64,000 bases of DNA from an uncultured Candidatus Binatia bacterium (GTDB lineage Bacteria > Desulfobacterota > Binatia > UBA9968 > JAJDTQ01): contig OZ243916.1 in the NCBI GenBank assembly GCA_965213675.1, positions 3,296,001 through 3,360,000 on the forward strand, read 5' to 3'. The notes under the pieces are model-generated. The model did no database searches. It had not been told where the DNA came from and saw only the letters and a program-made list of their open reading frames with translations. Of this stretch, positions 1 through 10,459 are shown one piece after another (position 1 is the stretch's first letter; every line of letters starts with the position of its first letter). Made by a program: the position numbers and the translations under genes.

Positions 1-1
1 C

Positions 2-1410
2 GGGACGTATTACGACGCGGCGCTGCTGGCGGCCACGGGCGGGGTTCAGCCGTACGTGTACGATCTTACGTGCGCGGGGGGTGACTTGCCGCAGGGGATG
101 GCGTTTGCACAAGGGACGCGAGTGTTGGCGGGGACACCGGAGGCGCGTTTCCGGGATTCATGCACGTACGAGGTAACGGACAGCGCGGAGACACCGGCGA
201 CGGTGGCGCAAGCGGTTGAAGTGGAAGTGACCGGGACGTCGGGCCCGCCGTTGGCGCTATCCAAGCCGGCGAAGATCAGTCTGGCAGTCGGGACGTTTTA
301 CGACGTGGCGCTGCGGGCGGCCACGGGCGGGGTTCAGCCGTACGTGTACGATTTTACGTGCGCGGGGGGTGACTTGCCGCGGGGGATGGCGTTTGCTCCA
401 GAGACGCGAGTGTTGGCGGGGACACCGGAGGCGCGTTTCCGGGATTCGTGCACGTACAAGGTAACGGACGGCGCGGAGACACCGGCGACGGTGGCGCAAG
501 CGGTTGAAGTGGAGGTGACGGGCGGGCGAGACACAACGTTGATGCTAACCCAGCCGGCGAAGATCAATCTTGATGTCGAGACCTTTTTCAGCGAGGCGCT
601 TCCGGCCGCTACAGGGGGCGTGCAGCCGTACACGTACAACTTCACGTGTGCGGGCGGGGCCTTGCCGTCGGGCATGGGCTTTGTGCCCTTGACGCGGATC
701 TTGGCGGGCACACCGGACGCGCGTTTCCGGGATTCGTGCACCTATCAGGTGACGGACAGCTCAGACACTCCAGTAATGATCGCGCATGCGGTTGAAGTGG
801 AAGTGACTGGCGCGGAAGTTGTAGCGCTGACGCTAACCCAGCCAGCGAAGATCGATCTTGATGTCGGGACCTACCATAGCGAGGCGCTTCCGGCCGCTAC
901 AGGGGGGGTCCAGCCGTATACATACGGGTTCACGTGCGCGGGTGGGGCCTTGCCGCCAGGGATGGGATTTGCGCCCTTGACGCGGGTCTTGGCGGGCACA
1001 CCGGAGGGGCGTTTCCAGGATTCGTGCACTTACCAGGTAACCGACAGCGCGGATACGCCGCTGACCATCGCGCATGCGGTTGAAGTGACGGCGACGGGCG
1101 GGGCACTGACCACATTGGCCCTTCCCACGAGGGTAGTGAAGGGTACCTCGGACGATAGAATCGTTTTGCAACTTCACCGGCGCCAAAGGCATGAATTCGA
1201 ACCCGCATCTGGAGGGGTGCAGCCCTACACCTATGAGATTGTAGATTGCGCGCTCCCTGACGGTCTGGGGTTCAGCCCGAACACGCTCATTTTGTCCGGC
1301 ACCCCGCAGTCGCCATACAGGGGACCGGACTGCACCTATCGGGTAACCGACAGCGGTTCTCCCCCCGCAAGTGTATCGCGACGTTTCGAGCTCGTCGTCG
1401 ATCCTCTCGA
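2..1410 (+). repeat. Intragenic tandem repeat, 288-bp period, 4 clear units plus a diverged fifth
   Basis: Equivalent positions at 2, 290, 578 and 866 (288 apart); the fifth unit (~1150-1410) keeps GGVQPYTY, LPDGL, GTP, CTYRVTDS. Confidence 0.85.
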
Positions 1411-3025
1411 ACTGGGGACGTGGCGGTTCCGAACCAGGACGGTTGGAGCCAGCGCTCATCCCGTGGACTTTACCGAGACAAGTGAGCAGAACATCGCCAC
1501 CTTGCCGCATGCGATCGATGGGATGGGGACCGCCACGTACGAACTCATGAACATTCAGCCACCCTTGACATTCACGGACACCGGCGACAGGCCCCGTCAA
1601 CTGTCCTATATGAACTATACGAACCCCGCGGTCCCCCCACTCTTCAATACACCCACGACGTTCCGTTATGTGGTGTCCGTTGGTGATGAGGTTCACGACG
1701 CCCTGTGTGTCGATATCGCCTACGTGCCCCCGGACCCCCTCGACGCCAATGTCGTTATTGCGGTGAGCGTTAGCATTCGTGATGATGCCTACTACGAAGA
1801 CATGGAGTTTCGGTGTCCGGACGCCGCCCCGGGCGGGGGCGCCAATTCGCTGGCCGCGGTTTCCAACCCGGTTCACGAGGCCCTTGGGCCGGTTCATGCG
1901 CGGCGGGCGGTGGATGTGGCCCATGCCGCGGTGCGGGACCGGGTCCGCGGCTGGGCGCCGGGTTCTTCGGGCGGGCTGGCGGGATTCGCGCCCGCGGTGG
2001 ACGTGGGCTCGCTGTCGGGAGACTTCGGCGGCTTCGACTACAGCGGCTCCAGCACGTCGCTGAGCGCGGGCGCGGAGTTGGGAACGGGCGCATGGCAGGC
2101 GGGGGTGGTGGCGTCGTTCACGCGCACGGAGCTTCGCTACGATGCCGGGGTTGGTCTGGCCGAACGGGGCTACGAGAGCGGCGAACACGACACTGAAATC
2201 ATTTCCCTGCATCCATTCGTGGCGTGGCACGCACCGTCGGGCGGCCGTCTGTGGGCGTCGCTGGGCGGCGGGACGGGCGATCTGCGCCACCGCGACGACC
2301 TGGGCTTCCGGTCGTGGTCGAGTTCGGACGTGCGCCTGTTCTCGTACGCCCTGGGGGGTTCCGTTCCCTTGGCCGACGTGCTGTCCGGGAAGCTCCACGC
2401 GGAGGCCGGCATCGAGTCCTTTGCCCTGGACATCGAGGGCGGCGGTCAGATCTCCACCACGCTGCCCACGCTGCGTGGCCACGACTATCGCGCTGGCTTG
2501 GCATGGAGCGCGCCCGTGGCCGGTGGGCCCGCCGTTTCCGTGGCGTACACGCAGTTGACCGGAGACGGTCCGGAGGGCGGTCGGGTGGACACGCGGGGCT
2601 CGCTGTCGTTCGAGGGCGTCCTTGACCCGAGGCTTACCCTGACCGGAAGGGCCGAGGGTTCCTTCGCCGTGGGCGACGACAAGCACAATCGCTGGAGCCT
2701 GGGCGGCGGCGCGCGCTTCGCTCCGGGCAGTTCGGGTGACGGGTTCGGGCTGACTCTCGACACGCGGCTCGGGTCCGGCGCCGATGCAGGCGCGTCCGGT
2801 GTCGGCATGCGGGGCGAGGCGGGCTACGGCCTGTGGGCCGGGCCTCTCCTGGGTACGGTCCGGCCGTACGTCGGGGTGATCCGTTACCCGGGCGACCACT
2901 CCATCCGGCAAACCCTGGGTCTCGACCTTCGCGACACGCCGGACTTGCGGTTCAGGGTTGAAGCCCACGAGCATTCCCGCCGCCGATCACGCGGCCTCAC
3001 GCTCACCATTCGCCGGCGCTTCTGA
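2..3025 (+). CDS. Large surface protein, 5' end outside window: tandem ~96-aa putative Ig-like (He_PIG-type) repeats plus C-terminal autotransporter-like beta-barrel
   Basis: Open frame from the window edge to TGA 3023-3025. Repeats ATGGVQPYxYxFTCAGGxLPxGMxF...LAGTP...DSCTYxVTDS; C-terminal ~370 aa of Gly/aromatic amphipathic strands ending in Phe (..IRRRF). Confidence 0.75.
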   Translation, partial: GTYYDAALLAATGGVQPYVYDLTCAGGDLPQGMAFAQGTRVLAGTPEARFRDSCTYEVTDSAETPATVAQAVEVEVTGTSGPPLALSKPAKISLAVGTFYDVALRAATGGVQPYVYDFTCAGGDLPRGMAFAPETRVLAGTPEARFRDSCTYKVTDGAETPATVAQAVEVEVTGGRDTTLMLTQPAKINLDVETFFSEALPAATGGVQPYTYNFTCAGGALPSGMGFVPLTRILAGTPDARFRDSCTYQVTDSSDTPVMIAHAVEVEVTGAEVVALTLTQPAKIDLDVGTYHSEALPAATGGVQPYTYGFTCAGGALPPGMGFAPLTRVLAGTPEGRFQDSCTYQVTDSADTPLTIAHAVEVTATGGALTTLALPTRVVKGTSDDRIVLQLHRRQRHEFEPASGGVQPYTYEIVDCALPDGLGFSPNTLILSGTPQSPYRGPDCTYRVTDSGSPPASVSRRFELVVDPLELGTWRFRTRTVGASAHPVDFTETSEQNIATLPHAIDGMGTATYELMNIQPPLTFTDTGDRPRQLSYMNYTNPAVPPLFNTPTTFRYVVSVGDEVHDALCVDIAYVPPDPLDANVVIAVSVSIRDDAYYEDMEFRCPDAAPGGGANSLAAVSNPVHEALGPVHARRAVDVAHAAVRDRVRGWAPGSSGGLAGFAPAVDVGSLSGDFGGFDYSGSSTSLSAGAELGTGAWQAGVVASFTRTELRYDAGVGLAERGYESGEHDTEIISLHPFVAWHAPSGGRLWASLGGGTGDLRHRDDLGFRSWSSSDVRLFSYALGGSVPLADVLSGKLHAEAGIESFALDIEGGGQISTTLPTLRGHDYRAGLAWSAPVAGGPAVSVAYTQLTGDGPEGGRVDTRGSLSFEGVLDPRLTLTGRAEGSFAVGDDKHNRWSLGGGARFAPGSSGDGFGLTLDTRLGSGADAGASGVGMRGEAGYGLWAGPLLGTVRPYVGVIRYPGDHSIRQTLGLDLRDTPDLRFRVEAHEHSRRRSRGLTLTIRRRF

Positions 3026-3227
3026 GAGGGGCGCCACGCCCCCGGACTCATTGGTCATTGGGTTCGACCATGGTTGACATTCAGCATCCGAAATCCCACA
3101 GACGCGTCCCGCCATGCGCCTGTCCATGCATTCAAACTTGGAGAACCCTGAAGGGGAAGTCGGGCACGGGGTAGCCAAACCGCCACAGGGGCTCCTGGAC
3201 AATCGTTCGAACATCCGAAGACCCTGG

Positions 3228-3386
3228 GAGCCTGTCGGGTTTATCAAGAATCTACTGCGAGGCAGGGAAATGGGTCCATTTCCGGTTGGATTTTCGTCCA
3301 ATATTACCAATATTCTCCTCAAATCCGCCCGAAACTGGCCTCCATTTCTCTGCCTCTCGCTACGATTCGATAATCCCGACAGGCTC
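3228..3386. mobile_element. Non-autonomous MITE-like element, family A, copy 1 (159 bp)
   Basis: TIRs GAGCCTGTCGGGTTTATC / GATAATCCCGACAGGCTC (17/18); flanks CTGG and CTAG; near-identical inverted copy at 12437-12591. Confidence 0.85.
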
Positions 3387-3394
3387 CTAGCGCT

Positions 3395-3422
3395 TTGAGT
3401 TCGTCGCTGCATGAGGTACACT
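3395..3422 (+). promoter_or_regulatory. Putative sigma70 promoter of tRNA-Pro/Arg/His/Lys cluster
   Basis: TTGAGT-N16-TACACT, 13 bp upstream of tRNA-Pro. Confidence 0.4.
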
Positions 3423-3435
3423 TGAGCGTTGGTGA

Positions 3436-3512
3436 CGGGGCGTGGCGCAGCCAGGTAGCGCACCTGCCTTGGGAGCAGGGGGTCGGCCGTTCAAATCGGC
3501 TCGCCCCGACCA
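3436..3512 (+). tRNA. tRNA-Pro(TGG)
   Basis: Cloverleaf CGGGGCG..CGCCCCG-A-CCA; anticodon loop CTTGGGA. Confidence 0.95.
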
Positions 3513-3631
3513 CACCGGCAACCGGACAATGTTTGTGGTCGGATGTTGTGGTCGGATGTTTGTCGGTCGGACCACACTTGGCGCAAGCCGGTGCGTTGCC
3601 GGGCGAACGGGTCTTGAAGGCACGGTTCGAC

Positions 3632-3708
<77 letters not shown>

Positions 3709-3733
3709 GAAGTTTTGAGTACAGAGGTGTTCT

Positions 3734-3811
3734 GGTGAGTGTAGCTCAATTGGTTAGAGCACTGGACTGTGGCTCCAGGGGTTGAGGGTTCAAGTCCCTT
3801 CACTCACCCCA
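3734..3811 (+). tRNA. tRNA-His(GTG)
   Basis: G-1 plus GTGAGTG..CACTCAC-C-CCA; loop CTGTGGC. Confidence 0.95.
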
Positions 3812-3820
3812 AACGCGTGT

Positions 3821-3893
<73 letters not shown>

Positions 3894-4090
3894 CTCCTTC
3901 CTCCCACAAGGCCTCCGGGCCTCCTGTTGGCGCGCGTGCGCCGGTGCGGGCGCGCGGTCCGATCTTGACTTACACGATCTTGACTTGCGGTTTGCGGGGT
4001 TGTTACACAGAACTGCCGGTTCGCCGGGGTTTCTTCGTGGATGTTGCGTGACGGATGGTGGACGCGCGATGCCGGATACGCATGCGCTGT

Positions 4091-4173
4091 GCGAGAGTGG
4101 CGGAACTGGTAGACGCACTAGACTTAGGATCTAGCGGGCAACCGTGGGGGTTCGAATCCCCCCTCTCGCACCA
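4091..4173 (+). tRNA. tRNA-Leu(TAG)
   Basis: GCGAGAG..CTCTCGC-A-CCA; loop CTTAGGA; variable arm; typical position upstream of tig. Confidence 0.95.
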
Positions 4174-4291
4174 CGGTGGCCCGTGAAGCGCGCGTCCGCG
4201 GGCGCCATGGCGAACCATGCGTCGGGCATGGAGCAGTGGCGGTTGAGCCCCGCGTCCTTGGGGCGCCAGGCAACTGTCAGGGATATGAAGC

Positions 4292-5608
4292 ATGACCGAC
4301 GCCCGGACTACAGGCATGAAGTGTGACATCGAGGTGGTGACGCCCACGCAGAGACGGCTGCGTGTGGAGGTGCCGGCGGATCGGGTGGCGAAGACGTTCG
4401 CTCGCATCTACCGGGAGTTCGGGCGCCGTGCGAAAGTGCGCGGATTCCGCGCGGGCAAGGTTCCGCAACAGGTCCTGCGCGGGCTGTACGGAGCCGACAT
4501 CCAGGCGCAGGCAATGTCCGAAATCGTCGAGGCGGCGCTGGGCGAGGCGGTGAAGGAACAGGGCCTCGATCCCGTGTCGGAGCCGCGGCTCGACGCCGGG
4601 GACCTGGCCGAGGCGCAGGCGTTTGCCTTCTCCGCGGTGATGGAGGTGAAGCCGGAAATCGAGTTGGGAAACTATCGCGGCCTTGCCCTCAGCCGGCCGC
4701 GCGTCGACGTGGACGACGAGCATGTGGATCGGATGCTGGAGGATTTTCGGGAGAAGTATGCCCAACTTGAGCCCGTGGAGGAACGGCAGGAGGTAGAGGA
4801 GGGGGACTACGTTTTCATCGACTTCGCCGGCACGGTGGATGGCGAGCCGTTTCCCGGCGGCTCGGCGGAAAACTACGCGGTGGACATCGGCGCGGGCAAG
4901 TTCCTGCCCGAATTCGAGCGCGGGATGATCGGCATGAAGAAGGGAGTGCCGGGAACCCTCGCGGTGGAACTGCCAGCGGATTCGTCCGAACCGCAGCCCG
5001 CGGGACGGAGGGCGGAGTTCTCGGTGACGGTGCGTGACATACGGCGCAAGGACCTGCCTCCGCTCGACGACGACTTCGCGCGGGATCACGGCGAATGCGA
5101 CTCTCTGGGGGAGTTGCGCGAGAAAGTGCGCTCGAGGTTGCGGGGCGAAGTGGAGCGGTTTCAGAACACGCGGTTGCAAGACCAGATCGTCGAGCAACTC
5201 CTGGAAGCGCACTCCGTGGATACCCCTCCTTCCATGGTGGAGCGGGAGCTGTCGTATCTGGTCCGGCAGGCGGCCACGGAACGCGAGTCGGCGGCGGATG
5301 AGCCCGCCCCCACTACGGACGAGCTTCGGGAGACCTGGACGCCCGAAGCCCAGCGCCGTGTCCAGGCCTCCCTGTTGATCGACGAGATCGCCGCCGCCGA
5401 GGGGATCTCGGTCTCCGCGGAGGAAGTCCAGCGGCGCATCGACGCCATGGCGCAGGCCAACGCCGGACAGGCGGCCGCGGTGCGTGAGCGTTACCGGCAG
5501 GACTGGGCGCGGGCGACACTCCGGTCCCAGATGATCACCGAGAAGACGCTGGACTTTCTGTTGGAGCAGGCCTCGGTGACAGTGGTGGAGCCGCCGGAAA
5601 CAACTTGA
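4292..5608 (+). CDS. tig: Trigger factor
   Basis: GFRAGKVP ribosome-binding motif, FKBP domain; precedes clpP. Confidence 0.95.
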   Translation: MTDARTTGMKCDIEVVTPTQRRLRVEVPADRVAKTFARIYREFGRRAKVRGFRAGKVPQQVLRGLYGADIQAQAMSEIVEAALGEAVKEQGLDPVSEPRLDAGDLAEAQAFAFSAVMEVKPEIELGNYRGLALSRPRVDVDDEHVDRMLEDFREKYAQLEPVEERQEVEEGDYVFIDFAGTVDGEPFPGGSAENYAVDIGAGKFLPEFERGMIGMKKGVPGTLAVELPADSSEPQPAGRRAEFSVTVRDIRRKDLPPLDDDFARDHGECDSLGELREKVRSRLRGEVERFQNTRLQDQIVEQLLEAHSVDTPPSMVERELSYLVRQAATERESAADEPAPTTDELRETWTPEAQRRVQASLLIDEIAAAEGISVSAEEVQRRIDAMAQANAGQAAAVRERYRQDWARATLRSQMITEKTLDFLLEQASVTVVEPPETT

Positions 5609-5642
5609 TGGCTGTCCCGAAAGGGGCTAGAGTTGATAAAGC

Positions 5643-6245
5643 ATGAATTTCATTCCTTTCGTCGTTGAGCAGACGGGTCGCGGGGAGCGCGCCTACGACA
5701 TCTATTCGCGTCTTCTGAAGGATCGCATCGTTTTCCTGGGCAGCCCCGTGGTGGACGAGGTGGCGAATCTGATCACGGCGCAGTTGCTTTTCCTCGAATC
5801 CGAGGACCCCGAGCGGGACATCTACTTCTACATCAATTCCCCGGGCGGCTCGGTGACCGCCGGCTTGGCCATCTACGATACCATTCAATATATCCGTCCC
5901 CAGGTTTCCACCGTGTGCCTGGGTCAGGCCGCCAGCATGGGGGCTGTGTTGCTCGCGGCGGGCGAAAAGGGCAAGCGCTACGCGTTGCCGCACTCGCGCA
6001 TCATGATCCACCAGCCCTTGGGCGGTTTTCAGGGAACCGCCGCCGACGTCGACATCCAGGCGCGGGAGATCCTGAGAATGCGGGAGGAACTGGGCGCGAT
6101 CCTGGTCAAGCATACGGGCCAGTCCTTGAAGAGGATCGAGCGGGACACCGACCGGGACCTGTTCATGACCGGTCAGAAGGCTTTGGAGTATGGATTGGTG
6201 GATGAGGTGATCACCAGCCGCCTTGACGTATCCGCAAAGGGGTGA
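5643..6245 (+). CDS. clpP: ATP-dependent Clp protease proteolytic subunit
   Basis: [33 protein letters not shown]. Confidence 0.98.
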   Translation: MNFIPFVVEQTGRGERAYDIYSRLLKDRIVFLGSPVVDEVANLITAQLLFLESEDPERDIYFYINSPGGSVTAGLAIYDTIQYIRPQVSTVCLGQAASMGAVLLAAGEKGKRYALPHSRIMIHQPLGGFQGTAADVDIQAREILRMREELGAILVKHTGQSLKRIERDTDRDLFMTGQKALEYGLVDEVITSRLDVSAKG

Positions 6246-6257
6246 GAGGGGATTTCA

Positions 6258-7511
6258 ATGCCAAAGCATGGTGATGATCGTTCCGGTAATCTGGTCTGTT
6301 CCTTCTGCGGCAAGAGTCAGGACGAGGTGCGCAAGCTGATCGCGGGCCCCACCGTTTACATCTGTGACGAGTGCATCGACTTGTGCAACGACATCATCGC
6401 GGAGGAGTGTGAGCACGACGAGGTGATCGCGGCCGCATCCGGGGTGCCGAAGCCGGTGGAGATCAAACGCGTGCTGGACCAGTACGTCGTGGGGCAGGAG
6501 CCGGCCAAGAAGATCCTCTCCGTGGCGGTGCACAACCACTACAAACGGATCGACAACCATGCGCTTGCCGGGGACGTGGAGTTGCAGAAGAGCAACATCC
6601 TCCTGCTGGGTCCCACGGGCTCCGGCAAGACGCTGCTGGCCCAGACCCTCGCCCGGCTCCTGCAGGTGCCCTTCACCATCGCGGACGCCACCAGCCTGAC
6701 CGAGGCCGGTTACGTGGGCGAAGACGTCGAGAACATCATTCTCAACCTGCTGCAGTCCGCGGAGTACGACGTGGAGAAGGCGCAGCGGGGCATCGTCTAC
6801 ATAGACGAGATCGACAAGATCTCGCGCAAGGCGGAGAACCCATCGATCACCCGGGACGTATCGGGTGAAGGCGTGCAGCAGGCATTGCTGAAGATCATCG
6901 AGGGCACGACGGCGAGCGTTCCCCCCAAGGGCGGGAGGAAACACCCGCAGCAAGAGTTTCTCCAGGTGGATACGACCAATATCCTTTTCATTTGCGGCGG
7001 TGCGTTCGTCGGCATCGAGGACATCATCCGAAGGCGCACCGGGAGCCGGCGGCTGGGTTTCGGCGGCAACGGGACGGACGTGAATGTACGGCCCGACGTG
7101 CGCTCCCTGCACGACGTGCAACCCGAGGACCTGCTCAAGTTCGGTCTGATCCCGGAGTTCGTCGGGCGGCTGCCGGTGATTGCCACGTTGGACGAACTCA
7201 ACGAAGAAGCGCTGGTGCAGATCCTGAGGGAGCCGAAGAACGCCCTGACCAGGCAGTACTGCAAGTTGTTCGAAATGGAGGGAGTCCATCTCAACTTTAC
7301 AGACGAGGCGCTTTGGGCTATTGCACGGGAGGCCATGAAGCGGAAGTCTGGAGCGCGTGGGCTGAGAGCCATCATGGAGAACACCATGCTGGACGTGATG
7401 TACGAGATGCCTTCCCAGCCCAACCTCAAGGAGGTGGTCATCACCGAGGAGGTCATGACCTCCCAGGAACCTCCGATGTTGGTTTACTCGAAGGCGGCGG
7501 AGAGCGCTTAA
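6258..7511 (+). CDS. clpX: Clp protease ATP-binding subunit ClpX
   Basis: CSFCGK Zn finger, [18 protein letters not shown]. Confidence 0.98.
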   Translation: MPKHGDDRSGNLVCSFCGKSQDEVRKLIAGPTVYICDECIDLCNDIIAEECEHDEVIAAASGVPKPVEIKRVLDQYVVGQEPAKKILSVAVHNHYKRIDNHALAGDVELQKSNILLLGPTGSGKTLLAQTLARLLQVPFTIADATSLTEAGYVGEDVENIILNLLQSAEYDVEKAQRGIVYIDEIDKISRKAENPSITRDVSGEGVQQALLKIIEGTTASVPPKGGRKHPQQEFLQVDTTNILFICGGAFVGIEDIIRRRTGSRRLGFGGNGTDVNVRPDVRSLHDVQPEDLLKFGLIPEFVGRLPVIATLDELNEEALVQILREPKNALTRQYCKLFEMEGVHLNFTDEALWAIAREAMKRKSGARGLRAIMENTMLDVMYEMPSQPNLKEVVITEEVMTSQEPPMLVYSKAAESA

Positions 7512-7523
7512 GGGGGCGTACCG

Positions 7524-9989
7524 ATGCTATTTCGCAGCGACAAGAAAGACGACAACGAGCAGGGAACGGACAACACGGTGCAGGCTCCGTTGCTGCCCCT
7601 CCGGGACATCATCGTCTTTCCCCACATGGTGGTGCCTCTTTTCGTGGGGCGGCAGAAGTCCATCCGCGCGTTGGAAGAGGCGTCGCGGAAGCAGACGCCG
7701 ATCTTCCTGGCATCGCAAAAGGACGCCAGGACCAACGAGCCGGGCGAGGACGACATCTATCTCATCGGCACGCTGGGCAATGTCGTGCAGATGCTGAAGT
7801 TGCCCGACGGCACCGTCAAGGTTCTGGTGGAGGGCAAGCGCCGGGGCAGGATTGCGCGCTATCTGACCCATCCCGAGTACTTCCTGGTGGAGGTGGACGA
7901 GCTCGATGATGGGGCGGAACCGGGCGCCGAGGTGGGCGCCGTGGTGCGCGAGGTCCACAGCGCGTTCGAGAACTATGTCAAGGTGAAGAAGAAGATTCCG
8001 CCCGAGATGGTGGTGTCGGTGTCCGCCATCGAGGAGCCCGGAAAGCTCGCGGACACGATCATCGGACACCTTGGGATCAAGCTGGAGGAGCGGCAGGTCC
8101 TGCTGGAGACGGTCAACGCCGGCGAACGCCTGGAGAAGGTGCTGGGCCACATGCGGGCGGAAATCGAGATTCTGGAGGTGGAGCGGAGGATCCGGTCCCG
8201 CGTCAAGAAGCAGATGGAGCGCTCCCAGAAAGAGTATTACCTGAACGAGCAGATGCGGGCGATCCAGAAGGAGCTGGGCGAGAAGGACGAGTTCAAGAAC
8301 GAAATGCAGGAGATCGAGGAGAAGATCAAGCAGAAGAAACTCTCCACCGAGGCCAAGGAGAAGGTGGAGAAGGAGCTCAAGAAGCTCAAGATGATGTCTC
8401 CCATGTCCGCCGAGGCGACCGTGGTGCGGAACTACATCGACTGGATCCTCAGCTTGCCGTGGAACGAGCACACAGAGGACAAGCTGGATATCAAGGACGC
8501 CGAACAGGTCCTCGAAGAGGACCATTATGGACTGGACAAGGTAAAGGAGAGGATTCTCGAGTACTTGGCGGTGCAGAGCCTCGTGGGCAAGATCAAGGGC
8601 CCCATCCTCTGCCTCGTGGGACCTCCGGGCGTCGGCAAGACCTCCCTCGGGCGTTCCATCGCCCGGGCCACCGGAAGGAAATTCATCCGTGTGTCGCTGG
8701 GCGGCGTGCGTGACGAGGCCGAGATACGCGGGCACCGGCGCACGTATATCGGCGCGTTGCCGGGCAAGATCATTCAGTCGCTCAAGAAGGCCGGTTCGAG
8801 CAATCCGGTTTTCCTCATGGACGAGGTAGACAAGATGTCCATGGACTTCCGCGGGGATCCCTCCTCGGCGCTGTTGGAGGTCCTGGATCCCGAGCAGAAC
8901 CAGGCCTTCAACGATCATTACCTCGACCTCGACTACGACTTGTCCAAGGTCATGTTCATCACCACGGCGAATACCCTGGATGGGATTCCACGCCCGTTGC
9001 AGGACAGGATGGAGATCATCCGCATCGCTGGCTACACCGAGTTGGAGAAGCTCAACATCGCCAAGAAGTACCTGGTGGTGAAACAGCGCGATGCCAATGG
9101 GCTGACGGAGGAGAACATCGTTCTCGCCGACAGCGCGCTTCTGGGGGTGGTGCGCCACTATACGAAGGAAGCCGGTGTGCGCAACCTCGAGCGGGAAGTC
9201 GCCTCCATTTGCCGAAAGGTCGCGGTGGACGTGGTGAAGAATGACCGCGCGTCCAGGACGACGGTGGGAGGGCGGAATCTCCAGAAGTACCTGGGACCGG
9301 CAAAGTTCCGGTACGGCATGGCCGAGAACAGCCACAGGATCGGCGCCACCACCGGCTTGGCCTGGACGGAACTGGGCGGTGAGTTGCTCTCCACCGAGGT
9401 GTCCATCATGCCGGGCAAGGGCCAGCTCACCATCACCGGGAAGCTGGGGGACGTCATGCAGGAGTCCGCGCAGGCGGCCATGAGCTACGTGCGTTCACGG
9501 GCGCGGGATCTGGGGTTGGAGAAGGACTTCTACCAAAAGAACGACATCCACATCCACGTGCCCGAAGGGGCGATCCCCAAGGATGGACCGTCCGCGGGAA
9601 TCACCATGGCGACCTCGCTGGTTTCCGCCCTCACCCGGATTGCCGTCTACCACGACGTGGCGATGACCGGCGAGATCACCCTGCGGGGCAACGTGCTCCC
9701 CATCGGTGGTCTGAAGGAGAAGGTGCTGGCGGCCCATCGCGGCGGGATCAAGACGGTGCTGATCCCCGAGGAGAACAAGAAGGACATCAACGAAATTCCT
9801 TCGACCGTCCTGAAGGGCGTGGAACTGGTCCTTGTGTCGCACATGGACGACGTCCTCAGGCGGGCCCTGGTGGTGAGCGACCCGGATGCGCTTTTCGTGG
9901 CGGCCGCACTGGAGGATGATGCGAGCGAAGCTCCGGCCGCGGGATTTCAGAAGAAGGACGTGGAACCGAGGCCCAGCCTGCCGCAGTGA
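7524..9989 (+). CDS. lon: Lon protease
   Basis: [17 protein letters not shown]. Confidence 0.98.
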   Translation: MLFRSDKKDDNEQGTDNTVQAPLLPLRDIIVFPHMVVPLFVGRQKSIRALEEASRKQTPIFLASQKDARTNEPGEDDIYLIGTLGNVVQMLKLPDGTVKVLVEGKRRGRIARYLTHPEYFLVEVDELDDGAEPGAEVGAVVREVHSAFENYVKVKKKIPPEMVVSVSAIEEPGKLADTIIGHLGIKLEERQVLLETVNAGERLEKVLGHMRAEIEILEVERRIRSRVKKQMERSQKEYYLNEQMRAIQKELGEKDEFKNEMQEIEEKIKQKKLSTEAKEKVEKELKKLKMMSPMSAEATVVRNYIDWILSLPWNEHTEDKLDIKDAEQVLEEDHYGLDKVKERILEYLAVQSLVGKIKGPILCLVGPPGVGKTSLGRSIARATGRKFIRVSLGGVRDEAEIRGHRRTYIGALPGKIIQSLKKAGSSNPVFLMDEVDKMSMDFRGDPSSALLEVLDPEQNQAFNDHYLDLDYDLSKVMFITTANTLDGIPRPLQDRMEIIRIAGYTELEKLNIAKKYLVVKQRDANGLTEENIVLADSALLGVVRHYTKEAGVRNLEREVASICRKVAVDVVKNDRASRTTVGGRNLQKYLGPAKFRYGMAENSHRIGATTGLAWTELGGELLSTEVSIMPGKGQLTITGKLGDVMQESAQAAMSYVRSRARDLGLEKDFYQKNDIHIHVPEGAIPKDGPSAGITMATSLVSALTRIAVYHDVAMTGEITLRGNVLPIGGLKEKVLAAHRGGIKTVLIPEENKKDINEIPSTVLKGVELVLVSHMDDVLRRALVVSDPDALFVAAALEDDASEAPAAGFQKKDVEPRPSLPQ

Positions 9990-10059
9990 CCGGAGGAACC
10001 CGGACCAGCGCCCGGCCGGACGGAACCGAGCCGGCGGAACCCTTGCGGCGTGGGCCTGA

Positions 10060-10132
10060 GGGCGGTTAGCTCAGTTGGGAGAGCATCGGCCTTACAAGCC
10101 GGGGGTCACAGGTTCAAGTCCTGTACCGCCCA
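10060..10132 (+). tRNA. tRNA-Val(TAC), CCA not encoded
   Basis: GGGCGGT..ACCGCCC-A; loop CTTACAA. Confidence 0.95.
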
Positions 10133-10162
10133 CTGGCCTTCCAGGACTATCCCACGCTGTTC

Positions 10163-10233
10163 GTATGGGGGCGATCGGCGGTCGCGCCCGCGGCACGGGT
10201 GTCCCGGAAAGGGCGACGGCCGGCCGCCCCTAC
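10163..10233. repeat. Inverted pair of GTAG-type REP-like units (REPIN-like)
   Basis: 10163-10189 GTATGGGGGCGATCGGCGGTCGCGCCC (+) and 10211-10233 GTAGGGGCGGCCGGCCGTCGCCC (-). Confidence 0.6.
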
Positions 10234-10325
10234 CGGACAGGGTCCTGGGGGAAGCGGAATACGCTGGAGATCTGATGGTCGCAGGCATGAGGCGTGGGAT
10301 CGCGCGGGCTGGCCTGCGTACTGGG

Positions 10326-10354
10326 TTGCAATTTCATCGGTTCCGGGCTACAGT
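10326..10354 (+). promoter_or_regulatory. sigma70 promoter for tRNA-Asp/rplM-rpsI
   Basis: TTGCAA-N17-TACAGT. Confidence 0.6.
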
Positions 10355-10368
10355 CTGTAGTTGAGTAC

Positions 10369-10445
10369 GGGGTCGTAGTTCAGCTGGTTAGAACGCCGGC
10401 CTGTCACGCCGGAGGTCGCGAGTTCGAGTCTCGTCGGCCCCGCCA
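10369..10445 (+). tRNA. tRNA-Asp(GTC)
   Basis: GGGGTCG..CGGCCCC-G-CCA; loop CTGTCAC. Confidence 0.95.
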
Positions 10446-10459
10446 GATTGGTTTCAAGC

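Noticed and set aside
3114-3398. Two ORFs (3114..3398 and 12433..12990) sharing the peptide EPVGFIKNLLRG
   Set aside because: The shared peptide is just the translation of the family A element; no transposase motif or RBS.
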